Shown here piece after piece: positions 1 to 9,000 of a stretch of 59,689 nucleotides of DNA. The notes below the pieces were generated by a model. It worked only from the letters and a program-made list of their open reading frames with translations, was not told the DNA's origin and did no database searches. How positions within the stretch are numbered: position 1 is the first letter of the stretch; the number at the start of each line of letters is the position of its first letter. Both the position numbers and the translations under genes were made by a program. The DNA comes from Candidatus Kaiserbacteria bacterium (GTDB taxonomy: Bacteria > Patescibacteriota > Minisyncoccia > Phycocordibacterales > JABAAK01), in NCBI GenBank assembly GCA_028820405.1, contig JAPPJI010000004.1, positions 1-59,689 of the forward strand. Direction: 5' to 3'.

Positions 1-76
1 AGGCACCCGTGCCGACCATCTTCCAGAGGAGAGTGATACCGGGAGGATCCGGGGCGCCGCAGTTGTTTTAGGGGGT

Positions 77-727
77 ATGTATCGAGTGGACAGAAATAAT
101 TTCTACACCGTACAAAAGAAGGCAACTATCTATACACCAAAGGAAGTGAGTGAATTTCTATTTGATGTTTTGCGGTCGAGTATTCATCAAGATGACGGTG
201 TTATTTTTGACCCTTGTGTTGGAAATGGATCATTGCTTTTGCCATGGAAAAAGAGAGGGTACGATGTGTTTGGGGTTGATATAGAAGATCAAGATTTTCC
301 TAACACAAAAGTGTTGAACTATTTGGAGATGACTAAAAAGGATGTTGACAAAGATGTTTCTCTTGTTGTCATGAACCCACCGTTTAACATTGATGACAAG
401 ACGAAGGAGTATATCAAAAACCAATATGGCGGTAGACCGCTGTTGCCGGAGGTGTGGTTGCAGAAGGTGATAGAGTTGTTGGGTAAAGATATTCCAATAG
501 TTATGTTCACTCCATATGGATTTAGATTAAATCAAACAGAAGTTAGTAAGAGGTGGCAGAAGTTTTCAAGCGGGGAATATCCAGAAATAACAAGTATTAT
601 CTCTCTTCCCAAAGACGTGTTTGACGGCGTGTTGTTTCACAGTGAAATACTCTGTTTTAATTTGCCAAAAATGAAGGGGCATTACTTTGTCCAAACCAAC
701 AGGAGTGAAGGTGTTTTGTTTCGATAA
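77..727 (+). CDS. Compact N6-adenine DNA methyltransferase (gamma-type motif order), cognate of downstream REase
   Basis: YTP motif X, FDPCVGNG motif I, GVDI, then NPPF motif IV; AT-rich block. Confidence 0.85.
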   Translation: MYRVDRNNFYTVQKKATIYTPKEVSEFLFDVLRSSIHQDDGVIFDPCVGNGSLLLPWKKRGYDVFGVDIEDQDFPNTKVLNYLEMTKKDVDKDVSLVVMNPPFNIDDKTKEYIKNQYGGRPLLPEVWLQKVIELLGKDIPIVMFTPYGFRLNQTEVSKRWQKFSSGEYPEITSIISLPKDVFDGVLFHSEILCFNLPKMKGHYFVQTNRSEGVLFR

Positions 728-737
728 TGTATATACT

Positions 738-1433
738 ATGGCGACTAGTGATCAACTAAGAGAGAACAAAGAACAGCACAAACCTAAGAATACAGATTCC
801 ATAATTGATGACAGGTTGGCATCGGATGCAATGGAAAGGACGATAAGGTACATCAATGAACGGTTTCCTGACCTGGAGCGGGATGGGTACTATATTGACT
901 ATCAACAGACAGTGCTGTTGGCAGACTTGGTTGCTGTTATAAAAGGGTATGAGAAAAGAGTTGAATATGCCACACTAAACAACAAAGATGCGTTTATGAG
1001 TCCTGATGGTGGGTTATTGATTTTGAAAAAGAAAAGTGACAAAACATATCAACGATTGGTGTTGGTAGTTGAAATGAAGCGTCAAGGAACAAACGACAGG
1101 CGAGAAAAAGAAGGGAAGAAAAAACAGGCACAAGGAAACGCTGTCGAGCGTTTGGGTAAGAATTTGATTGGTATACGATCAACATTGCAGTATGAAAATA
1201 TAACACCATTTGTGTGTTTTGGTTGGGGTGTCGATTTTGTTGAGGGGTCTTCAATCCTAGACAGAATCATCACTATGAATGAGTTTTATGATTTGAACAA
1301 AATTTATGTTTTTAAGAAAGACGGATATAGTCCTGTCTCAATGTTTTTTAGAAAAGAACAATGGTCTGTAGAGGAGTTGTTTGAGGTTATGAAGGAGATA
1401 GCGGAAACAAGTATCAGGAATTACATACATTGA
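738..1433 (+). CDS. EcoRI-family type II restriction endonuclease
   Basis: PDGG...VEMK catalytic pattern and QGNAVERLGKN matching the EcoRI GNAIER recognition helix; start set at ATG 738 within ORF 687..1433. Confidence 0.8.
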   Translation: MATSDQLRENKEQHKPKNTDSIIDDRLASDAMERTIRYINERFPDLERDGYYIDYQQTVLLADLVAVIKGYEKRVEYATLNNKDAFMSPDGGLLILKKKSDKTYQRLVLVVEMKRQGTNDRREKEGKKKQAQGNAVERLGKNLIGIRSTLQYENITPFVCFGWGVDFVEGSSILDRIITMNEFYDLNKIYVFKKDGYSPVSMFFRKEQWSVEELFEVMKEIAETSIRNYIH

Positions 1434-1503
1434 GGGTGTATCGCCTTCTATCTAAGCTGGTTATGAAGAGGGTATCTAAACCTCAATTTGCAGAGGAGGG
1501 TGC

Positions 1504-1998
1504 CTAGACGAAGCTTGCGATGATGTCGATGATGTTCGGTTCAATAGAAGTATTTTTCTTGATGTTGATGCGTCGAAATGCCTTTTCAATATGTTCCATA
1601 GTGACGTCGTAAATAGGGAGGATTTCATTCATAGAGATTATCTTTTCTGTTTGAACAATGAGCCGTGCACGATCACCGGGGATGTCGATAATGTTGTAAC
1701 TACTTATTTTCTCCTTCGGTATGAAGTCGTTGTTCATAAAGAGACCGATATTGGTGATGCTGAAGGTGAGATTTTTAGGTTGTTGTCGACCTATGTAGAG
1801 GAACATGCTGGTTGCCATTGCAACAAGGGCACCAAAGATGTACATGTTTAAGAGGATGGCAATAACAATAACGGTGATGCCGAGGAGACCGATCAATAGC
1901 TCCTTGTCTTTTGACGCTGTTCCTTTTTCCTCAAGGAATTCCCACGTTGCATGTGTCTGTATCGTTGTGTCATCACGGTCCTTAGTGCCGCGTTTCAT
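1504..1998 (-). CDS. Hypothetical membrane protein (2 TM plus small cytoplasmic domain), CPR-type
   Basis: WEF..K motif followed by two hydrophobic helices; ATG 1998 lies 8 nt after TATACT. Confidence 0.65.
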   Translation of the reverse strand: MKRGTKDRDDTTIQTHATWEFLEEKGTASKDKELLIGLLGITVIVIAILLNMYIFGALVAMATSMFLYIGRQQPKNLTFSITNIGLFMNNDFIPKEKISSYNIIDIPGDRARLIVQTEKIISMNEILPIYDVTMEHIEKAFRRINIKKNTSIEPNIIDIIASFV

Positions 1999-2156
1999 AT
2001 ACTGACAGTATACCGTAGCGATCATGGGTGGTATACTTTGCCTATATGCGTCGTGTACTCTCATATATCAATATTTTTCTCACCGCATTCTTTTTTTCAT
2101 ATAGTATTATCAATTTCGGTGCTCATATTTACTTCTCTTTCATTGTCGTGTAGCAC

Positions 2157-3113
2157 ATGGGGATCACACTTGCAATTATCGCCTTTGCCGTATCACTCGC
2201 TTCGCTCATTGCCTGTGTGCATTTTTTCTTACGGAGCGTTGAGCATATCGGTATCACCATCGGTGTCCGTCCGTTTGTCGTCGGGTCGCTCATTATTGCG
2301 TTCGGAACCACCTCACCGGAGCTCATGATCTCGATATTTGCTGTGCTCAACGGGTCTCCCGGTGTCCCCATTGCACAGGCAGTCGGATCAAACATTGCAA
2401 ACATTCTTTTTGTTCTCGGTATTGCGTCACTGTTTATTCGTCGTGTGTCGGCAACAATGACAAAGCAGGTGTCAAAAATAGACCTTCCGTTTATTGTCGG
2501 CAGTACGTTTCTCTACATTCTGTCGGTGTGGGACGGCGTTGTCTTTTTTTACGAAGGACTCCTCCTCCTTACCGCATTCGGTGTCTATGTCGGTCACATT
2601 TTCTTTTCTCGAGACAACCGATCGTATCCGACGACGACACAGAAGCAGTTGGGTGACATTGTTCGTGTGCCACGATCTGTCGGCATGTTCTTTTTGACAA
2701 TTGTCGGGATTGCACTCGCATCGCACCTTGTTGTTGAGTCTCTGCAGAGTATTGCACATGCGTTCTCTGTTCCTGAAGGGGTTATCGCGGTAACGGTGTT
2801 GGCAATCGGAACATCACTGCCGGAGATTGTTGTTGCGGTGCAGGCGGCACTGCGGAATGAGATAGAGTTGGTGTACGGAAGTATTGTGGGTGCGAACATT
2901 TTCAACCTGCTTGTTGTTGTCGGTATTCCCGCACTCATTACCACACTCTATGTTGATTTTGCCGGATTTTCTCTCCTCATCTTCGTTCTCGCCGGAGCAC
3001 TCCTCCTCTTCGTCATCTCAAGTCTGTCAACGAAGGTGCGTTCGTGGGAGGGAATTATCTTCATTCTTCTCTATGTTTTGCTTGTTATACAGTTGGGCGG
3101 TATACTGACATAA
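2157..3113 (+). CDS. Calcium/sodium antiporter (CaCA, YrbG-like)
   Basis: Two alpha repeats GTTSPE...GSNIAN and GTSLPE...GANIFN; ~10 TM helices. Confidence 0.92.
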   Translation: MGITLAIIAFAVSLASLIACVHFFLRSVEHIGITIGVRPFVVGSLIIAFGTTSPELMISIFAVLNGSPGVPIAQAVGSNIANILFVLGIASLFIRRVSATMTKQVSKIDLPFIVGSTFLYILSVWDGVVFFYEGLLLLTAFGVYVGHIFFSRDNRSYPTTTQKQLGDIVRVPRSVGMFFLTIVGIALASHLVVESLQSIAHAFSVPEGVIAVTVLAIGTSLPEIVVAVQAALRNEIELVYGSIVGANIFNLLVVVGIPALITTLYVDFAGFSLLIFVLAGALLLFVISSLSTKVRSWEGIIFILLYVLLVIQLGGILT

Positions 3114-4105
3114 TGATTTCCGTCGATGCAGGAGCACTCACTGATGCCGCTATCCCGCTCGGAGTTGCCGTAGGTATCGCTCTCTTTTGTGTTGTGCTGA
3201 GAACCATTCTCGTTACCCGTGTTTTTTCGGGGGAAGGAGAACGATCAACCTCTGTTATCCTCACAAGACTCCTCCTTGATCCCCGATTCTTCCCCTTTTT
3301 CGCTTTTCTTTTCGCGTTCCGATTCTTTCTTCCCGCTTCGTACGGTGCTTCGCCGTTTTTGAATAAAGCACTGTTCCTTCTCTTCACGATGCAGTTCATC
3401 GCCATCTCGTGGCGGTTTGTTGACATTGCCGTTGATCGATTTATTACCGGCACGTCAAAAACGGTACGTAGCGGCAGTGTTGTTTTGAAAGCGGTCATTG
3501 CTGCCGTTGCGTTCACGTTCTTGCTTGATAACCTCGGTGTGGCGGTTTCGACGCTTCTCGTCGCTCTCGGTATCTGCGGTGCAGTATTCGCCGTCATGTT
3601 TCGTGACAGCATCGCGAATCTTGCTTCCGCTGCAACCATAGCAATGACCCGGTTGTTTTCCGTCGGTGACGCTGTGTCTGTTCGGGGGAGGCGGGGCACA
3701 GTTCTCTCAATCGGAGGGATTGCAACGAGGATTCAGACAGAGGAGGGCGGTGTGTTGGTGGTGCCAAACCGTGATATGGTGACAAAGGTTGTTACCGTCA
3801 TTGACACCGCCGCGTCAACACTGGTGACGATAACAGTGCCGGTGCCCCGGACAACACCGACGAAACGAATAGAGGAGATACCGACCCTTTTTGAGCAGGT
3901 GGTGTCAGACACGGACAAGGCAGTATTCCGGCATGCAACCGTTGCGTCTGTTGATCCGTCAATGATTTCGTTTGAAGTGGTGTGTCAGGTTGACGGTGAC
4001 CGTGCGACCTGTGCCGCTGTTCGGCACAACCTCGCCGTACAGCTCCTCGCTGCACTGAAGCAGCGGTCATCACCGAGAAAAAAAGGTGATGTTGAGGAAG
4101 AGTAG
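3113..4105 (+). CDS. Small-conductance mechanosensitive channel (MscS family)
   Basis: TM region, then FSVGDAV..GTVLSIG..TRI...VVPN; TAATG overlap with the upstream gene. Confidence 0.85.
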   Translation: MISVDAGALTDAAIPLGVAVGIALFCVVLRTILVTRVFSGEGERSTSVILTRLLLDPRFFPFFAFLFAFRFFLPASYGASPFLNKALFLLFTMQFIAISWRFVDIAVDRFITGTSKTVRSGSVVLKAVIAAVAFTFLLDNLGVAVSTLLVALGICGAVFAVMFRDSIANLASAATIAMTRLFSVGDAVSVRGRRGTVLSIGGIATRIQTEEGGVLVVPNRDMVTKVVTVIDTAASTLVTITVPVPRTTPTKRIEEIPTLFEQVVSDTDKAVFRHATVASVDPSMISFEVVCQVDGDRATCAAVRHNLAVQLLAALKQRSSPRKKGDVEEE

Positions 4106-4130
4106 TGCTTCAGTGTAGTATGAAAAGGTG

Positions 4131-4204
4131 GGGCGATTAGCTCAGTTGGCTAGAGCGTCTGGTTTACACCCAGAAAGTCGCAGGTTCGAGTCCTGCATCG
4201 CCCA
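4131..4204 (+). tRNA. tRNA-Val(TAC)
   Basis: GGGCGAT/ATCGCCC acceptor stem, TCTGG-TT TAC AC-CCAGA anticodon arm, GGTTCGAGTCC T-arm; CCA not encoded. Confidence 0.97.
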
Positions 4205-4216
4205 CTAACACGATGT

Positions 4217-4933
4217 ATGACAGAGCCGACAATTCTATATGAAGATGACCATCTCCTTGCGGTGAACAAGCCGTCGGGTCTCGTGGTGCACCGCGGTGTC
4301 GGTGTTGATGAGTCAGAGACCTTGGCGGGCTGGATTTTGCAGCACTACCCGGATATTGCTGACGTTGGCGAGGGACCGGAAGGGGCACCCCGCCGTCCCG
4401 GCATGCCGCATCGGCTCGACAAAGGGACATCAGGGGTTATGATCATCGCAAAACGACAGGAAGTCTTCACCACACTCAAGCGACATTTTCAGAAAGGGCA
4501 GGTGCAAAAGGAGTACCATGCGTTTGTTCACGGTGCACCGAAGCAGGATCGGGGAACGGTCACCCTGCCGCTCGGTCGCAGTGTTCGTGATTTTCGGAAA
4601 CGGTCGGCAAGAAGTATACGGGGGCAAAAGCGGGATGCCTGTACGGAGTATGTTGTTGAGACTCGATGCAAAGACGCTTCTCTCGTTCGCTTCTATCCGA
4701 AAACAGGAAGGACCCACCAGATTCGTGTGCACGCACAGGCACTCCAGTCTCCCATTGTCGGGGATACGCTCTACGCACCGCGTCGACCGGTGCTGTTCGG
4801 CTTCTCCCGACTCGCACTCCATGCATACCGGTTGACACTTACAACACACCTGACCGACAATGAGCCGCTTGACCTCATTGCACCGTACCCTGACGATTTC
4901 CTCGCGGCCAAAGAACAGTGCTCACGCACATAG
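4217..4933 (+). CDS. RluA-family pseudouridine synthase
   Basis: VNKPSGLVVH, HRLDKGTSG, TGRTHQIRVH motifs. Confidence 0.95.
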   Translation: MTEPTILYEDDHLLAVNKPSGLVVHRGVGVDESETLAGWILQHYPDIADVGEGPEGAPRRPGMPHRLDKGTSGVMIIAKRQEVFTTLKRHFQKGQVQKEYHAFVHGAPKQDRGTVTLPLGRSVRDFRKRSARSIRGQKRDACTEYVVETRCKDASLVRFYPKTGRTHQIRVHAQALQSPIVGDTLYAPRRPVLFGFSRLALHAYRLTLTTHLTDNEPLDLIAPYPDDFLAAKEQCSRT

Positions 4934-5048
4934 TTTCAAAAAATAATCATCAGTTTTTGTCAAATAGTAATACCAGAAACGTTGTTCTTGTGTATACTCT
5001 CCAAGAGAGTTGCCCGTATCCATCCATAGGAGAGCAAGGAGGAGGGTT

Positions 5049-5963
5049 ATGCGTATTCGAAGGTATATCGGTGCGATCATCTGCACTGCAGTGATCGTGC
5101 CTGTTTCCGCAGGGAGTCAGGCGATGCCTGATGTTCATACAGCCGTTGACAGTCTCGTCCTCGAAGGGAAGGAACGTGCAGAGCGAGTGCAGGAGCGTAT
5201 CGCTTTGGCACATCGTCCGAATCGATGGATGCTGGACGTTTCATCGTTCCTTGAGCAGGATCGCCTCCATGATGCGGTGATCTGGTACCGATGGTCATCC
5301 GATTCGCTGGAGTACAAGCGGGATGCGGATATTGTACATCGTCTCATTCAGGACAACTACACCAAGACGCTCGTTGATACCCTGTATCAGGTGTACAGCC
5401 ACGTCGGAAAGAAGGTGCAGGCACCTGATGCGAACACCTCGTTTTCGTGGAAGCGGTTTCGCGAGTCAGTGTTGATGGCAGTCCTTAACAACCTGGACGG
5501 CTCTGATGAACGGCTCAAACAGGTGTACCTGGATGCTGACAAGCCGCTTGAGGTTCGTCGTGAAGCGTTCTTCGCCATTACGGATACGGTGTACATCAAG
5601 GAAGCAATCGCCCGCCGGTCTGATCAGCAGCGGCAGGCGAATGCGTACACCATTGAGGTGTCGTACCTTACCCGCCAGGGGCTGAAGCAGGAGGATGAGC
5701 GAATTGTCTCACAGGATCTTGCGGAACGTATTGTGTGGGATGCGTTAAACCAGGAGATGCGGGTTGCCGCTGTTTATGCAATTACGGACAAGGATCGTCT
5801 GGAATATCTCTTTCACCTGTCAGACCACCTTTGCACAACGTCAATGTATCGAAAGTATCGGTTTAACGAGCTTGCGTACGGACCGGCGTTAGTGCACTGC
5901 GGTAACCGGGATGTCAGGAGAATTGCGAGACAGCGTCTCGAACGGCTCTTTCCCGGTGAATAA
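5049..5963 (+). CDS. Secreted hypothetical protein with HEAT-like repeats
   Basis: SD AAGGAGGAGG before ATG 5049; signal peptide; repeated VRREAFFAITD / MRVAAVYAITD / VRRIARQRL. Confidence 0.6.
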   Translation: MRIRRYIGAIICTAVIVPVSAGSQAMPDVHTAVDSLVLEGKERAERVQERIALAHRPNRWMLDVSSFLEQDRLHDAVIWYRWSSDSLEYKRDADIVHRLIQDNYTKTLVDTLYQVYSHVGKKVQAPDANTSFSWKRFRESVLMAVLNNLDGSDERLKQVYLDADKPLEVRREAFFAITDTVYIKEAIARRSDQQRQANAYTIEVSYLTRQGLKQEDERIVSQDLAERIVWDALNQEMRVAAVYAITDKDRLEYLFHLSDHLCTTSMYRKYRFNELAYGPALVHCGNRDVRRIARQRLERLFPGE

Positions 5964-5966
5964 CAG

Positions 5967-5997
5967 ATCGCCCCAACCACTGTGTTGGGGCGATTTT
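5967..5997 (+). terminator. Intrinsic terminator
   Basis: ATCGCCCCAAC-loop-GTTGGGGCGAT followed by a short T run, right after the stop codon. Confidence 0.75.
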
Positions 5998-6040
5998 CCA
6001 CAGATATAACGCGGTCAATGCTACAATATAGTCGTTTTGT

Positions 6041-9000
6041 ATGCACCTTTCCGTCTCTTTTTTGCAAAAAAATTTCCTTTTTTTTATCCCCCTGCTTTGG
6101 TTTTTGCTGCTGCCGACAGTTTTTGGACAAACAAGTGTCACACAGGTCTCACTGCAGGCATATCTCCTCGCCGGTGATACTAACATACCGCTCCCGTCAA
6201 ACAACAGTACGATTCATCCGGGAGATCGTGTTCTCTTAGTTCTCAACGCAACACCTGCTCCTCAACAGCAAATTGCACCACACCTTCAGTGTGACCTCAC
6301 CAGTCTTGACGGTACGAAACGGACGATTGTTGACAGTGCACGAAAATTTCCTCAATCACGTCAGGTGACGATGAATATTGACGCCCGATCGGGGAGCGGG
6401 GAGGTTGTCTGCAGGGTTTCGGTCGGCTCTGACGCGTCAGCCGGCTATGTTATCGGAACACCGACGCACACCTTTCTCGTGGAAGCGAAGCCTGCGGTCT
6501 CCATCACGCCGTACGGAAGAGTGAAAGAAGGGAAACAGCCTGCAAGATTTTTGATAGAGGTGGTGGACATCATTAAAGGAATATCGGTTGACGTCGGTTA
6601 TGCCTGTTCCCGTAACGGTAACAGAATTATTGAGCGTTCCGGACAGGGTGCCCCCACCTTCACCGATACGAACCGCCGCCGCACGATCGAAGTTCCGGTG
6701 AACGAGTCGGATGGTGATGGTGACATTGTCTGTACAATACATGAGAGTAGTGCGTACCGAATTGTGCGGGGATCAGCAACGGTAGCGGTCGATGAGGATA
6801 TTCCCCTCGTTTCCCTCGACACAAAAGACAGGGTTGACCAGGTGAATGAACGTGATGCACGGATTGTTTTTTCTGTGCAGCTGAACAAGCCGGCACCGAG
6901 GGGCGGTCTGACCATTGACCTCTCTTGCAGAGGTTCCGGGTTCTCAGGCAATCTTCTCGACATACCGCTCGGCAATCGCGTTGTGCAGTCCGGGAGAAAG
7001 TTGCTCGCATTCCCGGTCAACTTCTCACATGTTCATGTTGCCCATAACCGCTCAAGTGCATCAATCACCTGTTCGCTCAAGAAGAGTGCCCTGTATGACG
7101 TGAACAGCCAGAAGCGGTCAAAGCGGGTGCAGGTGCAGGCGAAACCGCTCGTCTCACTTACCGCTCTGCCGGGTGTCTCGAGTGTGTACGCAGGAAGTGA
7201 GGCGGTTTTCAAGCTTTCTGGGGCGTATCTGACGAGTAGTCTGCTCGTGTCCCTGTCCTGCACTCACAACAAGGTGCCAATTAATATCGGGAGCAGCACC
7301 CTGTTATCAAAACAGCAGCCCGCACGATTCGTTACGATCCCTACCAATCAATTGGAAGAGGGACCGATCACGTGTAGCGTCAGCGATAACCCGGAGTACA
7401 ACGTGGAGAATCGTAAGGCGGAGATTCGGGTACTGAAAGCATCAGCCATTCCTGTTGTCTCCATTGATCCTGATGTCTCGCCGGTGACGATGACATTTGC
7501 AGGCAGCAAACCTTCTTCCGGTGGGTCGGCAAATATCGGGTTTGTTGTCCGTGCACAGTCGTCAGGAGCTGCTGGTGCGGATAGTGTGTTTGTTGACCTC
7601 TCATGCGGTCTCGGCACTCGCGGGTCGGCAGGAGAGTCAGCGCTGCGAAGGAGGGAAACAATCTCCGTTCCGATCAACGATCCGAGAGGACACACGGTAT
7701 CAATTTCCCTCACCAGACTTCCGTTCCGGGGAACGTTCGTCTACTGCAGATTGGAGGAGTACGGTGAAGGAAATAAAGGATCACTCTTTCAGGTAGGGAC
7801 ATCGAGATCGGCTGAGGTGGCGGTTAATCCGTTACCAGCTGTCTCACTGCAGACGAACAAAACAACAGCACTGTCAGTGAATGACATTGTCGAGGTACAA
7901 CTCCACTCTTTCTACACCGAAGGTCTCTCCGGTCCGGTACCGATTTCATGGAACTGCTCATTCCCCTCCGATGACGTTCGGGTGAGGAGAGTTGCAGTCA
8001 AAGGTCAGCAGGAGGTTGGTTCGTACGGCGGGAGAGCGGTGGTGACGAATAGTCCCGGGCTGACGGTTGTCGGACGTTTTCTTGTTGTCGGGTTGGGGAG
8101 CAGTCCGGGGCGAGGTTCTGTTGCTTGCTCACTTGAGCCGCAGACAGATTCCGATATTGTCTATCTTGATGACACCTTTGCCCTCGCAGTCACGTCGCCG
8201 CCCGCACTCTCAATCCATGCAGTTGTCAATGGTCCTGTGTATACCGACGGCATTGCACGATTTTCTGTCCGATCCAACGCTGCATCTGCTGCTGATATTT
8301 CTGCACGAGTTTCCTGTCGGTACGGTAGTGGCGGTGCGGTGCGGACCAGTCTTGCCAACAGCGGCGGATTTGCACTCATTCGGTCAGGGCTCCGGTCAAC
8401 AGATTTTACCGTTGATCTTCGGCTCGGTCACCGGCAGCAGTCACAGGTTGTCTGTTCACTGCAACCGGGCGGCGATTACGCAGTTATCGGCAGGCAGGCA
8501 TCCGTCACCCTTACCCAGCCAAGTGACCGGCCGATTATCAGCATTACTCCCCGCGACCCGGTGATCGGAAAAGAGAACGGCCGATTCCAAAACGCTGTTT
8601 TTGTCATCAACGGCACACGAATTCCTGCTGGCGGAGTAACCGTCGGTTTAAAGTGTCAGACACAAGACTTGTTCGTGCGAGATTTTCAAAAGACCGTTGA
8701 CCTCTCGCCCGGGTATTCGTCGGTAGCGCGTGTTGTGTCAATACAGAGGCTGCACGTGAGCCCCGGATACATTGCCTGTGCACTGCGTCCTTCTGAGAAT
8801 CGTCAGTATGATATCAGGGGATCACTGTCAGAGGCACTTGTGACCGTTGAGTATGAAGAAGGAATTTGTGGGCCGACCGGGTACTCTTGCGAGAGCGGGA
8901 AGCAGTATTGGGTCGAAGGTTATTACGGACCGAATACGTCCGCACTCAAGTGTCTCGGCGTCGGCGGCGGTGTCGACAGTGCAGTTTGTTTGGACGATAT

